The notes under the pieces were generated by a model. It did not search any database and had not been told where the DNA came from. It was given only the letters and a program-made list of their open reading frames with translations. A stretch of 64,000 nt of DNA from an uncultured Pseudomonadota bacterium (GTDB lineage: Bacteria; Oederibacteriota; Muellerivitia; Muellerivitales; Muellerivitaceae), in NCBI GenBank assembly GCA_963843375.1, contig CAWJKT010000001.1:32001-96000 (forward strand), written 5' to 3'. Each line of letters starts with the position of its first letter. Within the stretch, counting starts at the first letter, position 1. Shown in pieces: positions 28,406 through 38,028 of this stretch. The position numbers were made by a program, and so were the translations under genes.

Positions 28406-29371
28406 ATGAGTCCCAGACTCGCGGGTCCGAACGGATTAAAAATTTTTAGCGGTACCGCCAATCCCGAATTGGCCAGGAACATCGCCAAGTCTCTCAAGGT
28501 TCCGCTGGGCGATATCATGGTCAGTCGCTTTTCCGAGGGTGAAATCCGAGTCAAGATCAACGAGGACGTCCGGGGTCGGGATATTTTCATCATTCAGCCC
28601 ACTTGTCCGCCGGTGAACGACAATGTCATGGAGCTTCTCATCATGCTGGACGCTTTTTGGCGGGCCAGCGCGCGTCGTGTGACGGCAGTTCTTCCCTATT
28701 ACGGATACGCCCGGCAGGACCGCAAGGACCAGCCCCGAGTTCCCATTACCGCCAAACTTATCGCCAATATCATCACCGAGGCCGGAGCCGACCGGGCTCT
28801 GACGATGGACCTGCACGCGCAGCAGATCCAGGGCTTTTTCGATATCCCCGTGGATCACCTTTACGCCTTTCCGGTCATCGCCAACTATTTCCGCCAGAAG
28901 AAACTCAAGAATCTTACCGTGGTCTCACCCGACGTGGGCGGCATCAAGATGGCCCGGGCTTATGCGAAGGGCTTGGACGCCGATCTGGCCATCGTGGACA
29001 AGCGCCGAAGCGGCCCCAACGAGGTGGAAGCCATGAACCTGATTGGGGAGGTCAAGGGAAAGACAGTCCTGATCCCAGACGATATGATCGCAACCGGTGG
29101 GTCCCTGGTTGAGGCGGTCAATGCCCTGGTAAGGTTTGGAGCAAAAGATATTTATGCCTCCTGTACCCACGCGGTTTTATCGGAAAAAGCAGTGGAAAAA
29201 CTCCAAAAATCGGTCTTGAAAGAAATAGTGGTAACGGATACCATTCCTATCCCCCCGGAGAAACGGATCGGTAAAATCACGGTCCTGCCGGTGGCTCCCC
29301 TTTTTGGGGAAGCGATCAGTCGAATCCACAACGAAGAATCCATCAGCTCGTTGTTCAACGATGTGATCTAA
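28406..29371 (+). CDS. prs: Ribose-phosphate pyrophosphokinase
   Basis: PYYGYARQDRK, DLHAQQIQGFFD, VVSPDVGG, DDMIATGGS. Confidence 0.98.
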   Translation: MSPRLAGPNGLKIFSGTANPELARNIAKSLKVPLGDIMVSRFSEGEIRVKINEDVRGRDIFIIQPTCPPVNDNVMELLIMLDAFWRASARRVTAVLPYYGYARQDRKDQPRVPITAKLIANIITEAGADRALTMDLHAQQIQGFFDIPVDHLYAFPVIANYFRQKKLKNLTVVSPDVGGIKMARAYAKGLDADLAIVDKRRSGPNEVEAMNLIGEVKGKTVLIPDDMIATGGSLVEAVNALVRFGAKDIYASCTHAVLSEKAVEKLQKSVLKEIVVTDTIPIPPEKRIGKITVLPVAPLFGEAISRIHNEESISSLFNDVI

Positions 29372-29449
29372 AAAAATAAAAAACAAGAACTTGGATTCCG
29401 TGACTGCCGAGTTGTCCGCGGTTACGCCCCAAGAAGGAGCTGGGCCGAC

Positions 29450-30199
29450 ATGAAACAAGTACCTTTAGCCGCTAAAATCAGGACCATCCGGGGCAGCAGC
29501 CGCACCCGCCGTCTGCGTTCAAGCGGGTTCGTTCCCGCGGAAGTATACGGGCACAAGGAACCCAACCAATCTATTGAGGTCCCTGAGAAGGAACTGACGA
29601 AAATCCTTTCTTCCGCCAAGGGCGACAATATTTTCTTCGCCCTGAACATCGAGGGTGCCAAGAGCACCGAGCCTCTTTTGGCCGTTATCAAAGAAGTTCA
29701 GGTCCACAAAGTGAACAACTCGATCCTTCACGCCGATTTCCACAAGGTGAACATGAAGGAGAAAATCCGCATTAAAATACCCATTCGTGTCCTCAATGCC
29801 GATACTTGTGAAGGAGTCAAAGTGGGCGGAGTTTTGCAGCTTTTCATGCGAACGTTGGAAGTCCAATGCCTGCCGGGACAAATTCCCGACTCCGTTCAAG
29901 TCGACGCTCTGCACTTGGCTGTCGGCCATTCGGTGCATGTTTCCGACCTGAAGCTGCCGGATGGCGTCAAAGCCGTCCAGCACGCCAAGAACGTCGTCGT
30001 TTCCGTTGCTCAGCAAATGGCGGAAGAAGTTAAGGCCGCCGCTGCCGAAGGCGCGGTTCCCGTGGAAGGTGCCGCTGCCGCCGCGGAACCAGAGGTTCTT
30101 ACGGCCAAAAAGAAGGAAGAAGGCGCCGCCACCGATGCCAAGGCTCCCGCCGGCAAGGCCGCAGTTCCTGCGGAAAAGAAACCGGCCGAAAAGAAGTAA
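29450..30199 (+). CDS. rplY: 50S ribosomal protein L25/Ctc
   Basis: RRLR..G.VPA.VYG, HADF, GVKVGG, PDSVQVD...L.VG..VHVSDL; position between prs and pth. Confidence 0.96.
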   Translation: MKQVPLAAKIRTIRGSSRTRRLRSSGFVPAEVYGHKEPNQSIEVPEKELTKILSSAKGDNIFFALNIEGAKSTEPLLAVIKEVQVHKVNNSILHADFHKVNMKEKIRIKIPIRVLNADTCEGVKVGGVLQLFMRTLEVQCLPGQIPDSVQVDALHLAVGHSVHVSDLKLPDGVKAVQHAKNVVVSVAQQMAEEVKAAAAEGAVPVEGAAAAAEPEVLTAKKKEEGAATDAKAPAGKAAVPAEKKPAEKK

Positions 30200-30220
30200 G
30201 CCGGAACTTATACGGTTTTG

Positions 30221-30259
30221 GGGCCATCCAGGGGTAACCCTGGGTGGCTTCTTTTTTTT
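30221..30259 (+). terminator. Intrinsic terminator after rplY
   Basis: GCCATCCAGGG-gtaa-CCCTGGGTGGC then TTCTTTTTTTT. Confidence 0.85.
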
Positions 30260-30312
30260 GAGGGTTTTGATGCCCACCCATTTTCATTATCCTGCCGTAA
30301 AGCGAGAGCGAC

Positions 30313-30888
30313 ATGGCCGTTGAAACCTGGATGATCGTCGGACTGGGCAATCCGGGAGAAAACTACCGGTTTACACGGCACAATGTGGGTTTCCGGGTGG
30401 TTGAGGCCCTCGTTCTCAAACACGATGTCAAACTTCGTGAAAAGGATGAGGCGATTTTTGGAAGCTTTCCCCTCGATGGCAGGGAAGTCTATCTCTTTTT
30501 TCCCCAGACTTTCATGAACGAATCGGGCCGAGCGGTTGCTCCCTTCCTAAGGTATCGAAATATATCTTTGGAAAAAATGCTGGTGGTTTCCGATGATCTG
30601 GACTTGCCGGTAGGTAAAATCCGCCTCAGGGCTTCGGGGGGCTCGGGGGGACATCATGGGCTGGATTCCCTGATTACCCACCTCCAAAGCTCCGATTTTC
30701 CCAGGCTTCGAATAGGCGTTAGCAAACCGCCTTCAGCGGAAGAAGGGGCCCATCATGTGTTATCCACTTTTACACCGGAGGAAAAACCCAAGATCGAACA
30801 AGCCATCGAACGGTCCCGAGACGGGATCCAGACTTTCATTTTAAAAAGCCCTGAAGCGGCCATGATGGAGTTGAACAAGGATGCTTAA
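30313..30888 (+). CDS. pth: Peptidyl-tRNA hydrolase
   Basis: VGLGNPG..Y..TRHNVGF, PQTFMNESG, DDLDL..G.IR.R..GG.GGH.G. Confidence 0.98.
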   Translation: MAVETWMIVGLGNPGENYRFTRHNVGFRVVEALVLKHDVKLREKDEAIFGSFPLDGREVYLFFPQTFMNESGRAVAPFLRYRNISLEKMLVVSDDLDLPVGKIRLRASGGSGGHHGLDSLITHLQSSDFPRLRIGVSKPPSAEEGAHHVLSTFTPEEKPKIEQAIERSRDGIQTFILKSPEAAMMELNKDA

Positions 30889-30911
30889 TTTTTTTTCTGC
30901 ACACAACTTAT

Positions 30912-31064
30912 ATGCCAAGACCACCCAGATGCGTAGCTCTTAAGGGTTATAAAGACACATATCGAATTCGAATAGGAAAATTTCGAGTCATCTATGAAGT
31001 AAAAGATAAAGTCCTAATAGTTTTGATGATTAGGATTGCAAAACGTGAGGACCACGATTTTTAA
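30912..31064 (+). pseudogene. RelE/ParE-family toxin, N-terminally truncated (not in ORF track)
   Basis: MPRPPRCVALKGYKDTYRIRIGKFRVIYEVKDKVLIVLMIRIAKREDHDF matches the RelE C-terminal two-thirds; no antitoxin. Confidence 0.85.
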
Positions 31065-31077
31065 TGACGCTTGAAAT

Positions 31078-34000
31078 TTAATGCCCCAGCTTTGGTCTGA
31101 GCTTTCTCAAAACTTTTTTCACTTTCTTGCTCTTTTTGTCGGGTTCAATCAGGTTTCCTTCCTCGTCGATCTGATGGCGCTTTTTGTTTTCCAAATTCGA
31201 CATCAGACTATAGGCGCATGGCACCACCAGCAGGGTGAGGATAGTTGAGAAGACAATTCCGCCGATGATGGCGATTGACATGGGCTGGCGCAGTTCGGCA
31301 CCCGGACCCAAGGCCAGGGCGGCCGGAATCGCCCCTGCGACGGTGGCAAACGAGGTCATCAAGATTGGCCTGAGGCGGATGGGACAGGCATCCAACAAGG
31401 CCTCGTGGACGTTCATTCCTCCCGCCCGGCGTTGGTTGGTGAAATCCACTAGCATGATCGAGTTTTTCTTCACTAAGCCCATCAATAGAATGATGCCCAC
31501 CATGCTGTAAATACTCAGGGCCTGACCTGTTGCCAAAAGAGAGAAAAAGGCCCCCGTCACGCTGAAAGGCAGGGCCAGCAGAATGACAATGGGGTGGATA
31601 AAGCTGTTGAATTGGCTCCCCAAAACCATATAAGCCACCGCGATGCCTAAAATCATGACGAAAAGCAGCTGGCCGAGGGAATTGGAATTGGATTGGGAGG
31701 AACCGGTCAGAGCGACGCTGTAACCGGGGGGAAGAAGGCTTTTGCAAATCCGCACCGCCTCATCTAAACAGTCCTGTTGGGAAACGCCCGTTGCGGGGTT
31801 GGCGTAGAAGAACACCGCCCTTTGGCGCATGTCCCGGGGAATTTGCTGGAGGGAGGGAACGATTTTCAGGTCGGCCACGGAGGAAGTGGGGAGAACTTCC
31901 CCGCGATTATTGCGCACATAAATGTTTTTAACAGAATCGGGTCCCGTCCGCTGGTTGCTGGGCACGCGCATGGCAATATCGTTGTCGTGTCCCCCCTCAT
32001 GAAAATAGGTTCCTTGGAATTGGTAAGCCCCGATGTTGGCGGCGATCACGTTTCCCAAGTCGTCCATATTGACACCCTGCAAGGCGGACTTCACCCGGTC
32101 GGGGATGACTCTGAGTTCTGGCTGACCGTTGAGGTAATTATCGTCAGCATCGGACAATTTGGGGCTCGAACGCATGGCTTGGCGGATTTTCAGAACCGCC
32201 GCATCCAGAGTGTCCCAATCAGGGCCCGTCACTAAAAGTTCCGCCGTATAACCCTTGCCCGCAGACCAGCCCTGCATGGAAAGATCCTGGACTGAGACTT
32301 CAATGTCGGGGGAAGTCTGCGCGATGGTTTTGCGACACCAACCGGCGAATTCCTCCTGGGACAATCGCTGGGGAATAAGGTTGCGATAAAGATTGATGGC
32401 CCATGCCCAGGGTCCCGAGGCCGGTTCCTTCTCGGAGGCCGGCACTACCGGCCTCTTGCCGGCGCTTTTCATAGTAATGAAGAAGGCGGCGGTATTCGGG
32501 GAAAAGGCGGCTTCACCCTGCCCCACACTGATATTTAACCCACCCACGGTCGAATAAAGGTGATTGACTTCGCCCCTGGCCCTAATCAAGTCCTCGCATT
32601 GGCGGATCACCCGGTCCGTGTGGTCCAGCGAATATTGGACCGGCAGCTTCAAATTGACGATAAAGACGCTCATGTCCGTGGATGGGACAAAGTCCTTCTT
32701 GATATACTTGATGGTAAAGAGTGACAAAAAGAAAGTTCCCAAGGCCAAGAGAACGATGAGCCAGCGGAAATTTAGGCACCAAACCAGGGTGCGCTTGTAA
32801 AAATCCGAAAGGCGTCCGAACTGGGTATTCACAAAATGATTGAAAGGTGTGTGTTCGTCCGCCTTGTGCACGAATTCAGCGCAGCGCATGGGGGTGAGGG
32901 TGATGGCCTCCAAAAGCGAAATCATGACCGCGCCCGAGATGGTGATCCCGAACTGGAAGAAGAACTTGCCGATGACCCCGGTCATGAAAGCGATGGGCAG
33001 GAAAATGGCCACGATGGCAAGGGAAGTGGCCATGGCAGCGAATGTGATTTCCCGGGCGCCCACCAAAGCCGCCTCCACCTGGTCATCCCCCTTTTCCTGG
33101 TGACGCACGATGTTTTCCAGGACCATGATGGCGTCGTCCACTACCACCCCGATGGAAAGGGAAAGGGCCATGAGGGTGAAGGTGTTGAGGGTGAACCCGA
33201 AGAAATAAGTAACAATGAAGGTGCCCAAGAGGGAAGTGGGAATGGCCATAAGGACATTAAAGGTTGAGGACCAGCTTCCCAGAAAAACATAACAAACGAG
33301 GGAAGTCAGGATGGCGGCCAGGATGATGGTAAATTCCAGTTCGTGGACATTGTCTTTGATGAAGGTGGTGGTGTCGAAGTTGACGGCCATATGGTAACCC
33401 TTGGGCAACAATTGGACCATTTGCTTCATTTTGGCCCGGGCGGCGTCGGCAATTTTGACGGCGTTGTAGCCGTTTTGCATGACGATTCCCAAGCCCACCG
33501 CGGAAGTGCCGTTAAAACGCGAAATGCCGGTCAAGGGGGTGACGATTCCGTCCTCAATGGAGCCGATGTCCTTTAAGCGCAGCAAGGTGTAATTGGGATT
33601 GCCGCCACGGGTCAGAATAGGCAGATTGGCGAAATCCGGGATGGTATAGGCCTCCCCCATCATTCGAATGGAATATTCAACATCGGGGGTTTCCAAGTAA
33701 CCGGCGGGCACTTCGGCATGCTGGTGTTGGATTGAACTGATGATGTCCAGGGCGGTCAATTCCTTAGCGTTGAGTTTATTGTTATCGGCCCAAACGTTGA
33801 CTTCGCGGTCCATAAAACCCCCCAGGTTAACGGCCGAAACCCCCGTCAAGCTGGTGAACTTATCCTTGATGTGGTCGCGCGTATAAAGCATGAGGTCTTT
33901 TTCCGAAATAGGCGGATCGGCGGTGACCGCGAACCAAATAATGGGGGAACTGTTGGGATCGTATTTTTTGATGACCGGCGGGTAGATGTTGGTAGGAAGC

Positions 34001-34353
34001 TGCTTTTCTACGGAAAATATAAGGGTTTGGACTTCCTGGACCGCAACATCCACATTTCGGGAGATATCCAGAAAAATCGAGATGCTGGCCTGGCCCTGGG
34101 TACAGGTGGTTTGGACGTCCTGCACGCCTTCCACCCCCATAACGGCCTGCTCCACCACGTCCGCCACATCGGATTCGATCACCTCGGGGGCGGCGTTGGG
34201 AAGGGTAATGGTGACATTGACGACGGGGAAATTGACGTCCGGCATTTGGGAGAGGCCCATTCGGCTGAAACAAATAAAACCAAAAAAGATGAGACCGATC
34301 ATCAACATCCAGGCGAAAACCGGGTTGCGAATGGAGACGTCGGATAGTGTCAT
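31078..34353 (-). CDS. RND efflux transporter permease (AcrB/MdtBC-like), paralog 2
   Basis: GVVVDDAIMVLEN, GLVKKNSIMLVDF, RLRPILMTS. Confidence 0.96.
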   Translation of the reverse strand: MTLSDVSIRNPVFAWMLMIGLIFFGFICFSRMGLSQMPDVNFPVVNVTITLPNAAPEVIESDVADVVEQAVMGVEGVQDVQTTCTQGQASISIFLDISRNVDVAVQEVQTLIFSVEKQLPTNIYPPVIKKYDPNSSPIIWFAVTADPPISEKDLMLYTRDHIKDKFTSLTGVSAVNLGGFMDREVNVWADNNKLNAKELTALDIISSIQHQHAEVPAGYLETPDVEYSIRMMGEAYTIPDFANLPILTRGGNPNYTLLRLKDIGSIEDGIVTPLTGISRFNGTSAVGLGIVMQNGYNAVKIADAARAKMKQMVQLLPKGYHMAVNFDTTTFIKDNVHELEFTIILAAILTSLVCYVFLGSWSSTFNVLMAIPTSLLGTFIVTYFFGFTLNTFTLMALSLSIGVVVDDAIMVLENIVRHQEKGDDQVEAALVGAREITFAAMATSLAIVAIFLPIAFMTGVIGKFFFQFGITISGAVMISLLEAITLTPMRCAEFVHKADEHTPFNHFVNTQFGRLSDFYKRTLVWCLNFRWLIVLLALGTFFLSLFTIKYIKKDFVPSTDMSVFIVNLKLPVQYSLDHTDRVIRQCEDLIRARGEVNHLYSTVGGLNISVGQGEAAFSPNTAAFFITMKSAGKRPVVPASEKEPASGPWAWAINLYRNLIPQRLSQEEFAGWCRKTIAQTSPDIEVSVQDLSMQGWSAGKGYTAELLVTGPDWDTLDAAVLKIRQAMRSSPKLSDADDNYLNGQPELRVIPDRVKSALQGVNMDDLGNVIAANIGAYQFQGTYFHEGGHDNDIAMRVPSNQRTGPDSVKNIYVRNNRGEVLPTSSVADLKIVPSLQQIPRDMRQRAVFFYANPATGVSQQDCLDEAVRICKSLLPPGYSVALTGSSQSNSNSLGQLLFVMILGIAVAYMVLGSQFNSFIHPIVILLALPFSVTGAFFSLLATGQALSIYSMVGIILLMGLVKKNSIMLVDFTNQRRAGGMNVHEALLDACPIRLRPILMTSFATVAGAIPAALALGPGAELRQPMSIAIIGGIVFSTILTLLVVPCAYSLMSNLENKKRHQIDEEGNLIEPDKKSKKVKKVLRKLRPKLGH

Positions 34354-34426
34354 GGTTTATTTCCTTGGGTTCATCCGGAGGAGAGGCCCTAAGCCCCCTT
34401 TCCCCGCGGCGGTTTGGAGATTTGGT

Positions 34427-37400
34427 CTATCTTTTTTTGGGCTTGGTATCGCCGTTCTCGAAGCCGCCCGCGTGGTGAGGCTTGGACCGTTCCCACGCGG
34501 ACATGATGCTATAAGCGCAGGGCACGACGAAGAGTGTCAAGAGCGTCGAGAAAATGATCCCCCCAATGATGACAATCGACATTGGCTGGCGAAGTTCGGC
34601 TCCCGGCCCTAAGGCCAGGGCGGCGGGGATCGCTCCCGCCACTGTGGCGAAGGAAGTCATCAGAATGGGTCTTAAACGGATGGGACAGGCCGCCAAGAGC
34701 GCATCCTGGATGTTCATCCCCGCGGCTCGGCGCTGGTTGGTGAAATCCACCAGCATGATCGAGTTTTTCTTCACCAACCCCAACAGAAGGATGATGCCAA
34801 CCATGCTGTAGATGCTGAGGGCTTTTCCCGTGATGAGTAGGGAAAAGAGGGCGCCTGTCACCGAAAAGGGCAGAGCCAATAGAATGATGATGGGGTGGAT
34901 GAAGCTGTTGAACTGGCTTCCTAGGACCATGTAGGCCACCGCGATTCCCATGAGCATGACGAAAAGAAGCTGGTTGCTGGAGTCCGAGTTGGCCTGGGAA
35001 GATCCGGTCAACATAACGTTGTATCCCTCGGGCAATATGCTTTTGCAGACCTGGACGGCTTCGTCCAGGCCTTCTTTTTGCGTGTGGCCCTGGGCGGCGT
35101 TGGCATAAAAGATGACCGACCTTTGGCGCATGTCACGGGTAATCTGCTGGAGGGCGGAAACCTGCTTGAGCTCGGCAATGGCCGAAACCGGAAGCACCTC
35201 GCCGCGGTTGTTACGGACATAAACCTGGTTGATGGATTCGGGGCCCTTGCGTTCGTCCACGGGAACCCGGATGGCGATAGGATTATCGTGGCCGCCCTCA
35301 TGGAAATAGGTCCCCTGGAACTGGTAACCGCCCATAGTGGCCGCGATGACGTTCCCCAAATCATCCATATTCACCCCTTCCAGGGCCGATTTCACCCGGT
35401 CCGGGATGACCCGGATTTCAGGCTGGCCATCAAGGAAGTTGTCGTATTCGTCGGTCAATTTTGGATCGGCTCTGAAGGCCGCCCGGATTTTCTGGACACA
35501 ATCGGTCAGGGTATCCCAGTCGGGGCCCGAAACCATCAATTCGGCGGCGTAACCTTTGCCCGTGGACCAACCCCTTTGGGAGAGGTCCTGGATGGAAACC
35601 CGAAGATCCGGGGAGGCTTTTTGTAAGCCTTTTCTCACCCAATTGGCGAACTCAGCTTGGGTCAAACGTTGGGGGAAGAGATTGTAATAAATCCGGATGG
35701 CCCAAGCCCAGGGCCCGGCGGGAGCGGTTTTCTCGGAGGGCTTGACGATAGGCCGGTCCTGAGGGTCCTTCAGGGTGAGAAAGATATTTCCCACGTTGGG
35801 GGTCGTTCCGCCAAACCCACCAACCGCTGCGTAGACATTTTTGACCTCGCCGCGGGTGTGCAAGATCGTTTCACATTTTTTGACAATGCCGTCGGTTTTA
35901 TCCACCGAATATTGGACCGGCAGATTCAAGTTGACGATAAAGACACTCATGTCTGTGCTGGGAACAAATTCCTTTTTCACCATCGGGATGGTGCGCAAAG
36001 AAGCGCCAAAGATGGCAAAGGCCACGACCGTCACCCACCATCGGTGATCGAAAAAGACATGGGAATAGATGAAGTGACGATATTTCCACAGAATCCACAA
36101 AACCCACAACAAAAACAAAACAAAATAGCCCAGTGAAATCTGGTGACCCAAGGGAGAATCCCATTTATTCAGCACGAACAGGACCGTCAAGCCGCCCATG
36201 AAGGTCAGGATGGGTCCCAGGGAATAAAGAGGCTTCTTTAGCTCAGCCTGGACCTCGGCGACCAATTTTTTTCCGTCGATAAAAAATATCCATGAGAAAA
36301 ATCGATGAAAGAGAGAGATTTTGCCGGTCTTAAATTCGCTTAAGAGAACATCTGTTTTCCACCGGATACAGGCGGCAAGCAGGCGGGTGTACAAATCCGA
36401 GAGCTTCTTGAATTGGGCGTTCACGAAGTGATTGAAGGTACTGTTCTCGTTGGCCTTGTGCACGAACTCGGCGCAGCGCATGGGAGTAAGGGTGATGGCT
36501 TCCAAAAGCGAGATCATGACCGCGCCTGAGATGGTGATCCCGAACTGGAAGAAGAACTTGCCAATGACGCCTGTCATGAAGGCGATGGGGAGGAAAATGG
36601 CCACGATGGCCATCGAAGTGGCCATGGCCGCAAAAGTAATTTCCCGCGCGCCCTTGAGGGCAGCCTCCACCTGGCCTTCGCCTCTTTCCTGGTGACGCAC
36701 GATGTTTTCCAGGACCATGATGGCATCGTCCACGACCACGCCGATGGATAGGGAAAGTGCCATGAGGGTGAAGGTGTTAAGAGTAAATCCGAAAAAATAA
36801 GCCACGATGAATGTGCCGAAAAGGGATGTGGGGATGGCCAAAAAAACATTCAAGGTGGAAGACCAGCTTCCCAGGAAGACAAAGCAAACCAAGGAAGTCA
36901 GCACGGCCGCCAGAATGATGGTGATTTCCAGTTCATGCACGTTGTCCTTGATGAACTTGGTGGTGTCGAAGTTGATGTCGATGTGATATCCCTTGGGTAA
37001 TTGGGATTTCAGTTCTTCCGCGCGCTTTTTTGCCGAGTTGGCGATATCCACCGCGTTGTAGCCGTCCTGCATGACGACACCCAAGCCGACGGAGGGTGTC
37101 CCGTTGAACCGGGAGAGGCGGACAATCGGGGTCGTAATGCCATCTTCAATCGTTCCGATATCTTTCAGGCGGGTGAGGGTGTAGTTGGGGTTGCCGCCCC
37201 GGGTCAGGATAGGAAGGTTGGCGAAATCGGGGACGGTATATGCCTCCCCCATCATCCGGATCGAATATTGGATATCCGGTGTTTCCATATAACCCGCGGG
37301 AACCTCGGCATGCTGATGCTGGATAGTGTTGATGATGTCCAGGGCCGTCAATTGACGGTTGTTCATTTTTTGATTGTCGGCCCAAACGTTGATTTCCCGG

Positions 37401-37945
37401 TTCATGTAACCACCGAGGAAAACCTGGGCGACTCCGTCCAGACTGGTGAACTTGTCCTGAATGTGGTCCCGGGTGTAAAGGTTCAAATCCCTCAGAGTCA
37501 AGGGCGGGTCGGCTGTGACGGCGAACCAAATGATCGGGGAGGCGTTGGGATTTAATTTTTTGATGACAGGAGGAAAAATGTTGGTGGGAAGCTGTTTTTC
37601 AACGGAAAAAATCATGGTTTGGACTTCCTGGACAGCGATGTCGGGGTCGCGGCTTAAGTCCAGGTAAACCGAAGTACTGGCCAGCCCTTGGCTGCAAGTC
37701 GTCTGCACATCCTGAACGCCTTCCACGCCCAAGACGGCCTGTTCCACCGGATCGGCCACGTCGGATTCCACCACTTCAGGGGCGGCGTTGGGAAGGGTAA
37801 TGGAAACGTTGACTACGGGAAAAGCCACGTCCGGCATTTGGGCCAGCCCCATCCGCAGGAAACAAATTACCCCGAACAGGATGAGCCCTAGCATGAGCAT
37901 CCATGCAAAGACGGGATTTCGAATAGAGACGTCGGATAAAGTCAT
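34427..37945 (-). CDS. RND efflux transporter permease, paralog 1 (with extra membrane insert)
   Basis: Same motifs; ~100-aa hydrophobic insert between TM6 and TM7. Confidence 0.96.
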   Translation of the reverse strand: MTLSDVSIRNPVFAWMLMLGLILFGVICFLRMGLAQMPDVAFPVVNVSITLPNAAPEVVESDVADPVEQAVLGVEGVQDVQTTCSQGLASTSVYLDLSRDPDIAVQEVQTMIFSVEKQLPTNIFPPVIKKLNPNASPIIWFAVTADPPLTLRDLNLYTRDHIQDKFTSLDGVAQVFLGGYMNREINVWADNQKMNNRQLTALDIINTIQHQHAEVPAGYMETPDIQYSIRMMGEAYTVPDFANLPILTRGGNPNYTLTRLKDIGTIEDGITTPIVRLSRFNGTPSVGLGVVMQDGYNAVDIANSAKKRAEELKSQLPKGYHIDINFDTTKFIKDNVHELEITIILAAVLTSLVCFVFLGSWSSTLNVFLAIPTSLFGTFIVAYFFGFTLNTFTLMALSLSIGVVVDDAIMVLENIVRHQERGEGQVEAALKGAREITFAAMATSMAIVAIFLPIAFMTGVIGKFFFQFGITISGAVMISLLEAITLTPMRCAEFVHKANENSTFNHFVNAQFKKLSDLYTRLLAACIRWKTDVLLSEFKTGKISLFHRFFSWIFFIDGKKLVAEVQAELKKPLYSLGPILTFMGGLTVLFVLNKWDSPLGHQISLGYFVLFLLWVLWILWKYRHFIYSHVFFDHRWWVTVVAFAIFGASLRTIPMVKKEFVPSTDMSVFIVNLNLPVQYSVDKTDGIVKKCETILHTRGEVKNVYAAVGGFGGTTPNVGNIFLTLKDPQDRPIVKPSEKTAPAGPWAWAIRIYYNLFPQRLTQAEFANWVRKGLQKASPDLRVSIQDLSQRGWSTGKGYAAELMVSGPDWDTLTDCVQKIRAAFRADPKLTDEYDNFLDGQPEIRVIPDRVKSALEGVNMDDLGNVIAATMGGYQFQGTYFHEGGHDNPIAIRVPVDERKGPESINQVYVRNNRGEVLPVSAIAELKQVSALQQITRDMRQRSVIFYANAAQGHTQKEGLDEAVQVCKSILPEGYNVMLTGSSQANSDSSNQLLFVMLMGIAVAYMVLGSQFNSFIHPIIILLALPFSVTGALFSLLITGKALSIYSMVGIILLLGLVKKNSIMLVDFTNQRRAAGMNIQDALLAACPIRLRPILMTSFATVAGAIPAALALGPGAELRQPMSIVIIGGIIFSTLLTLFVVPCAYSIMSAWERSKPHHAGGFENGDTKPKKR

Positions 37946-38028
37946 GGGTTTCCTCTCGGAATATCACCGGTTACATCATGAACCCTGCAAGTTGATGAAC
38001 TCGGGACTTTCAATTACCTGGGGCGACC

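Noticed and set aside
29519..30277. Long antisense ORFs (this one, 21961-22650, 33986-34612, 45576-46358, 54238-54912 and others)
   Set aside because: Shadows of well-supported genes on the opposite strand with no motifs
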